A stretch of DNA of 64,000 bases from Podospora anserina (taxonomy: Eukaryota), in the NCBI GenBank assembly GCA_017654855.1, contig CM030334.1:868001-932000 (forward strand), given 5' to 3'. The first letter of the stretch is position 1. Each line of letters begins with the position of its first letter. Of this stretch, positions 50,256 through 63,600 are shown piece after piece. The position numbers and the translations under genes were made by a program. Under the pieces are notes generated by a model, which ran no database searches, had not been told where the DNA came from, and saw nothing but the letters and a program-made list of their open reading frames with translations.

Positions 50256-51572
50256 CTAAAGTTTCGTCACCACCACATCATCCACCAACATCCTCACCGC
50301 TCTGTTGTTGTTGGACTGGATCCGGAAGGTAAGGTCATTCCCGCCCCGTGTTGCTGAGCAGACAAAGGTATAGCCGATTTGAGTCCATGCCAAAGAAGAA
50401 CCCGCACCTGACGTGATCGACCTTCCGCCCAGAACAACCGACCACGGATTCCCATTTGTGTAACTGGAAATAACGCTGATTCGGAATGTGAGCCTATAAT
50501 CAGCCCCTGGCTCGCTGCAGAAAGAGACGCTCGTTAGCATACCACTATGCGTAAAGGCCCGAGGAGGCTGACACACCAGTTGATAGTTTGAGACACAGAA
50601 AGTCCGGCGATGGTGGCGCTGACAAAGTAGCTCGACTGGATCTCCATCACGTAATTGCCAGCACCCTGTGAGATAACCCCAACGCTGGCACCGGTACCGA
50701 CCCTGTTGGTGATACTCCATCCTTCCAGCGAGTTACCGCTGAAGTCCCCGTTGGTGATCAACGGAGATGGTGCTGCTGATGTGGTGGACTCGGGCACGGA
50801 AACAGTGGATGTTGTGGGCTCAGGCGCTGTTGTCGTGGTGAGTTCGAGTGTCGACTCTTCGGCAGTGGTTGTCGTGGTCACCTCAGGGGTCGGGGTTGCT
50901 GTGGGCTCGAGCGTAGACTCTTCAATTGGAGTTGTGGGGGCTGGCTCGGTTGTCGTGGGCTCGGTTGTAGGTTGCTGGGTAGATTCTTCCTCCACAGGTG
51001 TCGGGCTAACGGTGACATATTCGGTAACGGTCGGTGTTTCAAAAATTGTGCTTGTGACATCAGCAGTGACGGTAGCAAGCTCAGTAGTCGCTGTGATCCC
51101 AATGCATCCGCAAGCAGAAGTGAACTGCAGTGGCTCGACGGAAGAAGCGAAGCTGCGCAGGCAGCTCAATGGCAGTCTGTTGGAGCAGCCCCTTTTCCTG
51201 CGTCTAGCTTTCAGGGGTAGACTTTGTGCGATGGTCGTGGGTTCGGTGACAGGTTCGGTGATAGTTGCAGTTTCGGTGACGGCATTGGTAACGGTGCTGT
51301 AACGATACACGTCAGTCTCCATGCTCTGACGGATTCGAGAAAGTTGTAGAGGCATACACGGTAGGGGTGACAGTGACGACCTCGGTGAATGCAGTTGCTG
51401 TGACGATCGAGTTGGTACAAAATTGGCTGGCCTGTACCAGTGAACTGCTGAAACAGTTCAACAGCCCATCCTGGACGCACTCCTCGACATCATCGCGTTG
51501 CTCTAGCTTTGCTGAGGTAGCTGCGCCCAGAATGACCCAAAGGTTGCCAGCGAGGAGGAAAGACGAACGCAT
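50256..51572 (-). CDS. Secreted Thr/Glu/Pro-rich protein with C-terminal CBM-like (galactose-binding-fold) domain
   Basis: Signal peptide MRSSFLLAGNLWVILGAATSA. Exons 51572-51358, 51296-50577 and 50514-50256. Motifs FTSACGC, LITNGDFS...W and VDDVVV. Confidence 0.8.
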
Positions 51573-52173
51573 GGTGGACGTGCGTAAATGAATGACAGTC
51601 ACTGGGAAACAAAAAAAATGAATGACAATAGGACCGAGGATCCAAATGCAAAGCCCGGGCGCGTGCGGTCTTTTTGTTGACATTAGCATGGTCCCGAGGG
51701 TCTGGAACGTGTGCATCAAGACCCCTGTCGCAAGCTGATGGCTGAAAATCCGATTCTGGAAGCGCTATCGATTTTTCAAGATGAATACTCCATCCTCCTC
51801 CCATCTCCCATGATTCCTGGAACCTCGGCATTAAATGGATACACTCTGCCGCCGGCAGAGCGTTGATGGGTAATTGCACCTTGACCGAGACACAACGCCA
51901 CTCTATGGGTCGCCAAGTATGCTCAACACTATAACTAGGTATGTAACCTGTCAGCAAAATATCTAGCTTTAATGGCGGGGAGCTATGGTCCAGTGAGTAA
52001 GCCCATAATGTCCCTATAGTCCTCGCGCCGAGGAGAAAAGCGGGAGTCTAGAAAGACTTGGATTTTGAAAAAACACACAAGTAGTGTGAGCAGCCCCTCC
52101 TCGGTCACAATGCTCAGTCAATCCTCACTCGAAAGGCCGGCGTGCTCTGCTATCTTCATTTTCGTCGCTCGCC

Positions 52174-55100
52174 ATGGATCCTGTCACGGCCATCGGGCTG
52201 ATGTCGGGCATCCTGACATTTGTACCATTTGGCACCAAGCTTGTCAAGGGAACCATTGAGATTCGGGAAGCGCTCGATGGCACACCGGACGAAATTCGCA
52301 CCCGTCAAGAGGTGGCCCAGGAGATGAAACGGCTTTCCGCTCGACTCTTACCGCCGGACGATACTAAGCTCGCCGCCGAAGAAAAGAGTCTTTGTCTTCT
52401 CGCCAAAGAGTGCTCGTCGATGTCGGAGCAGCTGATCAAATTGCTTGAGGGTGTCAAGTCCGACAACAGCCGATCCATAAGACAAAGCTTATGGTCATCC
52501 TTGAAAAGCAAAATGCATGGAAAGGAGAGGGTGGACTTGGAGCAGAGATTAGATCACTGCCGAAACCAACTTGCGCTTCAACTTTTGTTTGTCACGAGGT
52601 CTGTTTCGTGTCACCACATCTACTTGGATCTTGTATCATACTGAGTTCGGATTTCTAGTCGCCAAACGGATGCGTCGCTGCAAACTCTATTCAAACTAGT
52701 CAAAGATGATGCTGCAAAGCTCGAATATCTACGACAGTCCATCAATCGACTTGAGCAACAAGTTCACCTCTGCGATCTCAGTACCGCTGCGCAGGCGCAG
52801 ATACGAAGCCTTCTACCCCTTCCAGACCACGTCTCAAATAGCATTGCGCAAGACCGGGTGCTTCGCGCATTGGCTTTTGATGGTATGCAAAACCATCAAA
52901 ACCTCGTTCAGGATCCTCACGACACGACGTTTGAGTGGTTCGTGCATGCAGCGAAATCGTTGCAAGAAGAGGCGCAGCGCGCAGCCAGGGAAAAGTTCAC
53001 TGGTTGGCTAGAATCTGGCCACGGTGTATTTCACATTTCCGGGAAGCCTGGCTCTGGTAAATCGACTTTGATGAAATATCTGATAGAACACACTGCGACA
53101 TCTGGACATCTCAACGTTTGGGCCAGTGAGTTGAGCTCCCTGGGCTTAAAGTCAAGCCTCGAGAAGATGACTCTAGAATTAACCAGCTACTGATTGTTCA
53201 CTTTCAGACAGTCGAAAACTAGCGGTCGCTCAGTTCTTTTTCTGGCGGCCCGGTACAGAGCCTCAAAGATCTCTCGGCGGGCTCTATCGGACTCTACTTC
53301 ACAATGTCTTTCAAAAGTGCCCAGAACTTATATCCGCCGTCATGCCTTCCTTCTGGCAAAGGTTACAATCGATGCCGTGGCAGCTGAGCTCTGATCTCGA
53401 GGTGACGGAGAGCACAGTCAAGGCAGCTTTCAATCGTCTTATCAGTAGTGAGGTGGCCGAAGCATTTCCGAACCACTGCTTTTGCCTTTTTATTGATGGC
53501 CTGGACGAGTACGAGGCAATAATCCAGACGGACCATACAGATCTGGCTGCACTACTCAACAGCTGGGCAGAGGCGGGCCTTTCATCTCGCAACATCAAGC
53601 TGTGTGTCTCCAGCCGTGAATACAACTCCTTCATGAACCTGTTCTCCGACGACAGGCGGCTGCGGCTTCATGAGCTTACTCACAGCGACATGGTCGCCTG
53701 TGTAAGAGACAAGCTTGACCGCATATCTGGGTCGGATGGTTTCGACCAGTTGGTCGAAGACATTGTGGAGAAAGGACAGGGTATTTTTCAGTGGGTTGGG
53801 ATTGTGGTCAAGAATATGAGATACGAGATCGACAACGCAACTACCGAGGCCCAAGAGTTCAAAGACTCGCTGAAGATGCTGCCAAGCGAGATAAACGACC
53901 TCTACAAGCACATATTTGACTCTCTACGTGATACAAAACGTGCATACCGCACGTTGGCAAGTGTTTCCGAGGCAATGGAAACAGGCGTTGCTTCCTTTTC
54001 CGTGGATGCCTACTCTTTTTTTCAAGATTATGAGCGGGACAGGAGTTTCGTTGTAGGCAATTCATTTCCTGCCACGACAGAATCATCACGGCACAAGCTT
54101 GGTAAAACACGCCTCCGTGGGTGGGGCGGTGGACTACTCGATACCAGAACAGTCACCCTGGGAGGAGTCCGACGGCTCTACGCTGCGCATCCATATACGA
54201 TGGAAGTTGTGCAATTTACCCACCACTCGGTCAGAGACTTCCTTGAACACCCCGATGGTCAACAGAAGATGCTGGAGCTTCTTGAAGGCTTTGATGTCTT
54301 GGACGCAATTTCGCAAATGCACCTCGCAGATTTACGAATGATTCGCGAGAATTGCCCGGGCTTCGATACCTCATATATATTATTTCGTGAACGGCACAGG
54401 AATGGCTCAGACAAAAGTCCCTACATTTTCCTGGATGCATGGGATAAATTCTGCCCTGATGAAGACTCTCTTGAGCCCAGCCCCGGGCACTATGACGTCC
54501 TTCTTCCAGCGGGCGACAGTGCCTATGGGTTAGCAACTTGTGCATTTTGGGGTCAGAGGGTGGTCCGTGACATAATAGAAACAGATATCGGGTGGATGAA
54601 CCGCCCTATTTCCACCGGCATCTGGTTAGGGACGTCCAAGTACCCACCACGGAAAATGACAAATGACCCAACTGTCACCGATAGCTCCCACAAAGTGGGG
54701 TTGCTCGCAAATCTCATACTTAACTGCCACAGAGAGAGAACAACTCATGAGGAAGAAGACTTTGCCATGTTGGACTTTCTCTTTGACAAAGGCCTAAGCG
54801 ACCCAACACATCTTGGGGCCAGCATTAACAGAAGTCGCGATGTTCAAGTTGAACCGGACGTGGGCGGGATGCCTCAATTGACCACTTGGCACCGTTTCTT
54901 ACTGTATGAGTGGATGTATCAGCATGCGGAACGAGTATGGGGTGGTCGCCTACCGCACGAGCAGCTTGACGCAAGATTTGGAGAAGCGGTAGCGTGGTTT
55001 CTCAGAAAGGGCGCCGACCCGTACTTCTCTGCGAGAATAGAGTTTGTCAGGCGGCCATATAACGAAGACGAGCTCGAATCAGTAAGTCGAGATCGACAAA

Positions 55101-55513
55101 TCAGCGCTTATCGTGGCCCTCCCATCCGTCCCAACAGCCTTCGCAGCTTTCGAAAGATAACGATTCAGTTTCGGAGGAGGACGGCCAATGGAGATACAGA
55201 ACAATTTGTTGTTAAAGAAGAGATCCCCGTTTGTTTCCATCTGTAGAAAAGAAGGCAGTGGAAGGATCATGCATCGTTGCAAGATTGGGTGCAGGATCTT
55301 CAGATGGATTCCAAAGCCAAGACGGAGCTACTACGGCTTGTAAAGAGAAAGTCACAGGAGCAAGCCACCCTTGATTTCTGGAGCAACATTTTCTCAGCAG
55401 CATACGGCTTATCTCACGCGGCGTTTGGAAACGGTCAAGCGCCTCCTTGGGCACTTTTTTCAGGATCATATCACCTTGTGATCCCAATTTTGGCGCCCCT
55501 TTTGCTTACCTGA
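52174..55513 (+). CDS. NACHT-domain NLR-like protein with SesA-like N-terminus and an in-frame TAG at 55244-55246
   Basis: Exons 52174-52598, 52659-53125 and 53208 onward. N-terminus MDPVTAIGL, Walker A ISGKPGSGKSTLMK, FFFWRPGT, Walker B FIDGLDE, KLCVSSR and GIFQWV. The frame continues past the TAG to 55513. Confidence 0.85.
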
Positions 55514-56708
55514 GTTGTTTTGTTGCCCCTGCACAGATTTTTTCCACCGAAAACGTTGCAGGATGAGAGGGATTTGGCTGTTGGATTTACCTCCATACCC
55601 ATCTAAACAATCTTTCGTATGTTGTCGCACTGAGCCCCCGAAGTTGGATATTCTCATGTAGCTTCACCAGTTAAACATCCGAACACCTGTCCTGGAGGAA
55701 CCTTGATTGATGGTGAATGAATCTGGCAGCCATCAGTTGTCTGTAATAGAATCCTACATGGATACTCCAAGCTCCCTGATGATTATTGATGTTTGATGAA
55801 ATCTGGTACCGTTGGGTGAACAATAAACAAAGGTGGCACAAGCGGCATCGGAATCCTCAAACACTCTGAGGGACCCAGTCTCGGACCATCCCATTTGCAG
55901 AGGCCGCCACGAGCTTTGTGCAACATGACCACAACCTGCTTTTGTTTCTATTGTTACGGCATCTGACGAGAACACACCATAGCAGGGAGTTTGGTCAAAT
56001 TTCTGCAACGTGGTGAGAGGACTGGGAGAACCGTCAAGGTTGCAGATGATATCCTGTATTCGGTACCTTCCCATAATCACGGATGATGCCACTTATACCC
56101 GAAACATAACATGGCCCAGTCGTGGGTGGTGCAGATAGATGCATGCACCTGTGCCATGATCATGACGGCCGTTGGCTGCCAAGGTCTAGACCTCCATCGA
56201 TCTGCCATCCCAGCTTTGCTTGGCTCGATGCTCCGAACAGGTGCAGCCAGTTCAGCTACCCTGTTCCCTGAGCTGTTAGCCTTTTTAACACTTGATGCCG
56301 CATCTGATAGCAGCGATGAGATAGCAGCCCAACTACCCCGCACACCACTTTACGTCATGGCAACAGGGATCTGTGCTGCTGTGCTGCTGTGGACGTCAAC
56401 ACACGCTGAAACTCAATTCCTTGTTGGCCCATTGCGCCGGTCACCTTTCACGATTGCCAAGGCACTGATCGGGGTGCACTAGCTATTTTTTTCTTGTTTG
56501 GCGTCTTGGAGTCCCTATCTTTGCCGGCGCTGCTTTTGTTTTTGAGACATTTCTCTTTTTCTTCCTCTCTATCCTCTCATTCCTCGGTGCGACGCGTTTC
56601 TCTGGTCTTGGGTTCAGATCTTTCGCCAGGCTATCTAGAGTAGCAGTAGTGGGACATCAAGGTTCACGATACCAACCAACGTTTCCCAGACAACCACCAC
56701 TTCACACC

Positions 56709-58833
56709 ATGGGAGGCCTAAGCTGGAGAAAACTTCTCGGCTGGGATCGCCATCCTAGTGACGGCCATCGTCACGATTATGACAGCTGGTGGCATGATTC
56801 TCGTCGGCGTCGTAGGTCTTGTCCATTCTCTCTCCAATTGCCGGATTGCTGTTAACGCGCCAAGAAGTGCTCCCCCACTACCACGATGAATCTCTCGAGT
56901 CTGCCATTCCTCCACAAGCCGTCACCGAAGTAGCCCTCCGATTGCGCCACCTGATCGAGCAGTGTGTTCCTTGCGAGTTGAACCCCGATCTGGTCACCCG
57001 CCCTCACAGTAAGGTCATCACCACCAAGGTGATCAAAGCAGCTAAGGAGGCCGGTGGGAAGGAGCACGGCGCCTGTGTGGTGTTTTGTCTGCTGGTGAAC
57101 AAGCGCTGGTGGAAACACCAGAGTCTGGTTGAGTTATGGGATGCCGATTTGCATAACCTCAGGGCGGTAGCTTGTGAGGTTATCGCCAAGCAGATGTAAG
57201 TCGTGTTTCTGTGTCTTGAGAGCTCCGGCAACAAGCTGACACACCACAGTATCGAGACTGAGAATGATCCTACTTACCTCATGCACTCGGTCCTCCTCAA
57301 GCGGTACTCTATCATCATTGATGGCAAGCCCACACCACCAGCAAATGTCGTTGAGCGAGCTGTTGATCTCCACGCCCTTAGAGTGATTGGTTCATCCGGC
57401 TACCAAAAATGCATCAACTTCCTCTGGAAGGGCTGGCTAGTCCAGGATGAAGACGACCCGTCCACCTTTGTGGACTACAAGGACAAGGACAACACGTCGT
57501 ACTGCGCCCACCTCGACCCCGACCGCATGCGAGCACCCATGTACCAGAACGTGACGCAAATGCTCTTCTCCTTCTTCTATCTCACACTCTACACCCTTGC
57601 GATGAACTCGGTAAATGCCCGAGGAGAGATTGACCTCATCGAGGGGCTGCTGTATGTCTTCACCATTGGCTACATCTGCGACGAACTGTCCAAGCTCTGG
57701 AAAGCTGGGCATCAGATCCTGAGCTTTTGGCACGCATTCAACTCGGTCCTGTACGCGCTGGTGACCACCAGCTTGGCCATGAGGTTCATTGCGCTCAGTG
57801 CTGGGGTTGATGATCCGATCAGACATCAATACACGACGCTGAGCTACAACTTTTTGGCTGTCAGCGCGCCGTTGTTTTGGGGCCGGCTGCTGCTCTACCT
57901 CGACAGTTTCAGGTTCTTTGGCGCCATGTTGGTGGTGCTCAAGGTGATGATGAAGGAGTCGATGATCTTCTTTGCGCTGCTTATTGTGATCTTTATTGGC
58001 TTCCTCCAAGCTTTCATCGGCCTGGACTTTGCTGAGGATCAGGCGGCCGAGGACTTTTACTTTATCATTCAGGCGATGGCGAACGCGCTGATGCAGAGCC
58101 CGGATTTCAGTGGGTTTGATAAGTTCAGTCATCCGTTTGGACTGATTTTGTATTACTGCTTTACTTTTGTTGTCATGGTATGTTTTCCGGAGACTTGAGG
58201 GAGATTGACAGAGAGCTAACGAAGAGATAGGTTGTCCTCCTCAACATCCTGATCGCGCTTTACAACTCGGCCTACGAGGACATCTACGACAACGCCAACG
58301 ACGAGTATCTCGCCACGTTTGCGCAAAAGACGATGACTTTTGTTCGTGCCCCCGACGAGAATGTGTTCATACCGCCCTTGAACCTGATTGAGATTTTCTG
58401 CTTGGCCATCCCGTTCGAGTGGTGGATGAGCAAGAAGACGTATGAACACCTCAACGATATCGTCATGGCTGCGCTGTACTCGCCTCTGCTGCTTGTGTCG
58501 GCCTATTTTGAAATGAGGACTGCCCAGGAGATCAGAGGGAACAGGGCCCGGGGCGAGGAGGATGATGATACCATTGAGGAGTGGGAGCAAATGTCTGACC
58601 ACTTTGACTTTGAGGGTGACGGGTGGTCCAAGACTGTGGCTAGCGCAAAGAGTAATCTGGAGGAGGATGCCGATGTGGTCGAGATTAAGAAGCTGAAGCA
58701 GGAGGTGGAGGAGCTGAAGAAGATGATCGAGGGGTTGACCAAGTTTATTGCTGGTGAGAAGGGGCTTGGAAATGGCGATACCGAAGAGCTAAAGGGGTTT
58801 GACGAGGAGGGAGAGTCTAGTGGTGGTGCTTAG
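56709..58833 (+). CDS. YVC1: Vacuolar TRP-type Ca2+-activated cation channel
   Basis: Exons 56709-56811, about 56865/56868-57195, 57250-58177 and 58231-58833. Motifs RAVDLHALRVIGSSGYQKC, RMRAPMYQN, FFGAMLVVLKVMMKES, LLNILIALYNSAY and VRAPDENVFIPPLNLIE. Confidence 0.92.
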
Positions 58834-59807
58834 GGTTTAGTGGCTGTGGTATTTCCTATGGTTGTATGGTTGTTTGCATTGCTAGCGGGCGTTTTTTGGC
58901 TTTGGCGAGTACCGCGGGTGGTAGACCTAATTGCATCTGTGTTGACTAGTGTTTCTTTTCAGAATTTACAGACGACGTGGTAATATCGCGCTGCCCTAGG
59001 GTTGAGTAGAGCCTTGATGAGACTCTGGAAGAGTCACCTTATCAATCAGCACATGTCTTCCACGAGTCATTCCCCTTGCCATGTCTACTTGACCGGGACC
59101 GTAGGTAACTTTCCGATTTTACCCCTTCTAGCTCTCACTTTTCTTAGGTCATGTCAAGGACATGACGACTTCATGCCCCAGACGCTTAGAGTACCTTCTG
59201 GCGTCTGGTTTTCATGACCGAAGCTACCATCTCCGGAGAAGATCAGCAGATGCACGGCAGCAGCCCCATAGCTACCACGTGGCTCCAGCACAAATACCGT
59301 TCAACCTTCCCGCTCGTCTATCTACGCAACATTTGTCAACGCGGGAAAAAGGAAGAGCACTCCCCGCTCGCCCGCCCAGTTGCCGACATTCGGGAACAAC
59401 CTCTTCATGTTCCCCAGATTTCTCTTCCGTTCTGGGACAAGCTCTATGTCACCTCTGCCGGGAGTGCTACCCCCATGCCCAATCTGTCAACTAGGACTTC
59501 ATTTAGGCAAACAGGCTAAACACCCACCATGGCGCTCAACTGGCCAGCGATATTGACACAAGGCGCTGACGGAATGAGAGCACGAGATTCCAGGCTGTCA
59601 ACTTGGCCAAACCTGTTCACGTCTTGGCCATTTATAGCACTTGAGGTCGGTATTTGTAGCCTCCGAGGGGATGTTTACGGGGTGGTGGGACATCACCAGC
59701 ACGAAAGCATATAAGTCTGTCAACACCACCCGTCACCACCACTCTTACCCCTAAACTTCCCTGCCATTCAACAATCCCCAAACTCACCACCCGGCACCAC
59801 TGCCACA

Positions 59808-60639
59808 ATGAAGCCAACAGCTCTCCTCCTCCTCGCCGCCACAGGCGCAGAAGCTCACTGTAACTAACCCACCCCCCTTTCCCCCTTTTTTTGTTTCTCC
59901 CACCCCCAAGACTAACCCTCCGACCCAGACCGCTTCTCCAAACTAATCGTCGACGGCGTCCCGGAAACAAAAGAATGGGGCTTCGTCCGCCAATCCAAAA
60001 ACTACCAGTCCAACGCCGGCGTCACAGACGTAAACAGCAACGACATGCGCTGCTACCAAATGCGCACCGGCACCGCCACCGCGACCGTCACAGCCGGCAC
60101 CCGCCTCGGCTTTGTCGCCATGTCAGCCGTCACCCACTTTGGCCCCGTGTCCTTCTACATGGCTCGCGTGCCCGACAATGCAAACATCAACACGTGGGAG
60201 CCAGCGGGGAATGTGTGGTTCAAAGTGGGGGAAATCAGTGCCCAAGCGGGGCCGAACGGGCAGCTGGGGAGTTCGGAGCAGAATTGGCCTGCTTATAGTA
60301 CGTTTTTCTTGCTGATCAAAAGTGTGAGAGGGGTATGCTGACAAAATTGATGTGGTAGACCAGAAGGAAGTGTACTTTAATGTGCCCAAAGAGGTGCCAA
60401 ACGGAAAGTATCTTGTTCGTGTGGAGAGTATTGCTCTACACCAGGCTCAGTCGGCGGGTGGTGCCCAGCTTTACATCAACTGCGCTCAGGTTGAGGTTGT
60501 GGGCGGGGGGAGTGGGCGGCCGGGCCCGCTGGTTTCTTTCCCGGGGGCGTACGGTAGGAATGATCCCGGGTTGGTGTGGTCGTATTATCCTGTTCGGACG
60601 AGCTACAAGGCTCCGGGGCCGGCGGTTTGGCAGGGTTGA
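59808..60639 (+). CDS. AA9 (GH61) lytic polysaccharide monooxygenase
   Basis: Signal peptide ending AEA-H (His1). Exons 59808-59859, 59929-60297 and 60359-60639. Motifs HFGPVSFYMARVP, WFKV, YLVRVESIALH, GAQLYINCAQ and FPGAY. Confidence 0.95.
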
Positions 60640-63600
60640 GAAGGAAAGAGGGGTGTTGTACGACGGAGGAGGGTTGTTCACAGCTATTGCAGACGTGTGT
60701 CGCTTGTCACAACAAAGCTGATGACTGAGATGTTATATCGTCTTCTGTTCTGGACATCGATTGCCGAAGTTATTGTCGTCCGCAATCCCTACACCACCTA
60801 CCTTGTTGAACAGATAGAATGGCGTAGTTGACGGGCCCCAAGTCTGCAGTTCGGCGGCCAGTGCAAGTGTGCCCATTCGTCCTGGCTGTCTCAGGAGCGT
60901 AGCCATTTCCGTCTGCGCGCTCCGCAACGTCTTTGGCATCGTGTCCGACCAAGAGCCGAGTAGAATTCGTTCCACTCAAGGCAGTGTCGGGGCAGTTCAT
61001 GCCGACGGAGAATTTAGTATTGTCTCCGGTGCTGAACACGACGCCTGGAGCGCTACCATAAAGGCCAACTGGGTAGTCAAAGAATCTTGTCTATGGAGAG
61101 AAGGTCAGCATTTGTGAGTCATGTGCCGCAAGAGACCGACGAACCTTTCGATAGGTGCAAATGCCACATGGGTAGCCAGAGGGCTTCGCTGAGCTCTTGT
61201 CGGCGGCCGAGATCTTGCGCGCCACTTGGAATCGTTTCGCCGTTGATGCGATGATCCTCGACCATGTTGATTTCGGTGTTCGGTCCGTTGAGGACGAAGA
61301 GTTGGTTGACCGCACTGCATGTGTATGATCAGCATTGTGAGACCAAGACATCGTAGGATACGTGACTTACTCTTTCACATGTCAATTTTTAAGCACAAAT
61401 TCAGAGCCTTCACTGAACGAAAAGATCATGCCCTCAGGCCAAATTCGATTTCCCCAAACTACATGTATGGTGGCTACTCGTACACCCAGGATACGTCACC
61501 CTCCCAGCCATCTCCATCAACACCAACATCAAAATGATGCCCAGCAAAACCCGAGCCTCCCAACGTATAGTATTCCTCTCATTAGTATGCAGCCGAACCA
61601 TTTCCACAAATTGAGCTATCAGCCTCCCCCTGTGAGATCACCACAGGTTCGAGTTGAAAGGCCGGCCAAGCGGGAAGGGCGGAAACGCCTAACCACGTAA
61701 GCAAAACCCTCACAGTTCCGCGCCACTCGAATCACCGAGTCAACCAGAGTAATTGGACCTCTGCCGCTGTAAACAGACACCCCATGGTACCGCCCTTCCC
61801 CAAAGTAGGGGACATTTGGAATAGCGGTCGCTTTTGCCAGGGTTCAATCGGTTTGGAACTGTAGAGGATGGAGCAAACAAGACTCCTGCGGTCCGGTGAG
61901 GAAAGATTTATAATGGATCGCCAACCGCCATCGTGAGAAATGGCAGCTGCCGCAGTAGAATCGCTCGAAAATTCTCCCCGTTTTTGCGTCGACGTGATAT
62001 ACGACACAGGCAGCATGTCGAAGAAAAAAAAGAAAATGAGTGCGCTGCGACACCAGAGGTGTGGGCTTACTTGAATGATGGGTCCGCCGACGGGAGTCAT
62101 CGGATCCGAAATGGCGAAATCGCCAGCGGGATCGGGGGATGGAGTTTTCTGGGCCATCGCCCTCTTCTTGTTTTGGCGGCAGCAGGGAGCGGAATCAACG
62201 GTTCGTAGTGCGGCAAATCGTCGACAAGCGGAGAATATACCCCGCCATGGGGTTCTGTTTGAAATCCTCTGTGCAAAAAGGCGGAGAATGTCAGTTCAAG
62301 CCTGGAATGAGTCGTTGCGATAGGCAAGTAGCGGTGTAACATACCTTTGGTCGACTTGCCAGGGTGGGATTTGTCCCATGAGTGCTTGTGAATCGGACCT
62401 GTTCCCATTGTATTGGATTGAATTAGTGCAAAGGCGATCAGCAAGAGAAGAACAGAAAAAGTCGTAATAAATATCAACTGAGGCGGATACTGGCATACCA
62501 GGGGAGTTGAAACCACTTGAGGCTGTGGTGGTGCTGGGTGGGAGTGGGAGGAAGAGAGATTGCTAGGTGGAAGAGGTTGGAGAGAGAAGAGAAAAGAGAG
62601 AAGGGCAGCAGCGGAAGCGACTTGATTTGTACCTGAAATTTTGTGGGGCCGGCAGAATTCTTCAGTGAGTGGTAATATAGAAATCAGTCGCGACTCGAGT
62701 CAGAACAAAACAAGAAAGGGGAAAGCGAAGGCCATGAATAATGGATGGAAATAACACTTATATGTGCGTGTTTAAGTGGTACCTGAAAATACTACACCAT
62801 GGAGAGTGAGTTGACTTGGTCGTCGCGGTGCCATCCTCTTCTGCGCATGGCACTCATCAAAAATTCAGGGATATGTTAGATGGATGGATCCGCTGAATTG
62901 AAACAACATTAAGTCAAACAAAGTCGAATCTTGTCATCGATATCGGGTCTAAAATGATGCTGTGGTGTCAGTAGCATATGGCAGCAGTCAATAACCTACA
63001 AGTACCATTCAGGATGTTGATTTAGTTGGGTGGCGAGTGTGATGATTTAAGGAATTTACTTGCTTATGGTATTCGTCCACGGGTAAGAGTCTCAAGTGAC
63101 AATGGCTCTGTACCAGGTTGACTAAGGTTTGTTTTTGGTATATAGGTATATAAGTCCCTGTTCCGCAATATGGTTATAATAACTCTGATTGGGTCCCGGC
63201 AATGCTCTGTTGGCGTCATAACACAGTCGCTGGTAACTTTGGATACCTTAATGGGACAACTTTCTACACTAGGGGCTACCCCCTGGGCTATTGTATAGCT
63301 TTTGTTATACCTTGGTGTGTTTATTTTCACACGGCCATGATGTCCAGGGTGGCTAATGAGATGGGACGGTGGGATGGGCCAAGATAACCTCATTTTTCTG
63401 TGGGATAGGTCAAAATCAACGCCCGTTTCATCGTACGTCTTACAGTATATCTTCCGAAGCCTTTGAAACCCCGAGGGCTATTCTAGCCCCCCGTCACAAG
63501 CGTTAACTTTGTTGTTGAGACAGTGGGCAAGGCCACTGTTCGCTTCTCTTGCGTTGGGCTTCGGCCCCCTGTTTCTTTCTTTTTTTTCAGTAAGATGGGC

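Noticed and set aside
55700..56480. Short ORFs between the NACHT and YVC1 genes
   Set aside because: No motifs, splice structure or codon bias to support them.
61732..62516. Minus-strand gene starting MGTGPIHKHSWDK with a GTATGT...CTGAC...CAG intron
   Set aside because: The spliced frame stops after about 45 codons and no family is recognisable, so it cannot be supported as a CDS.
63000..63420. TA-rich stretch as a RIP-mutated transposon relic
   Set aside because: No terminal repeats or transposase/RT motifs, and the AT enrichment is mild.
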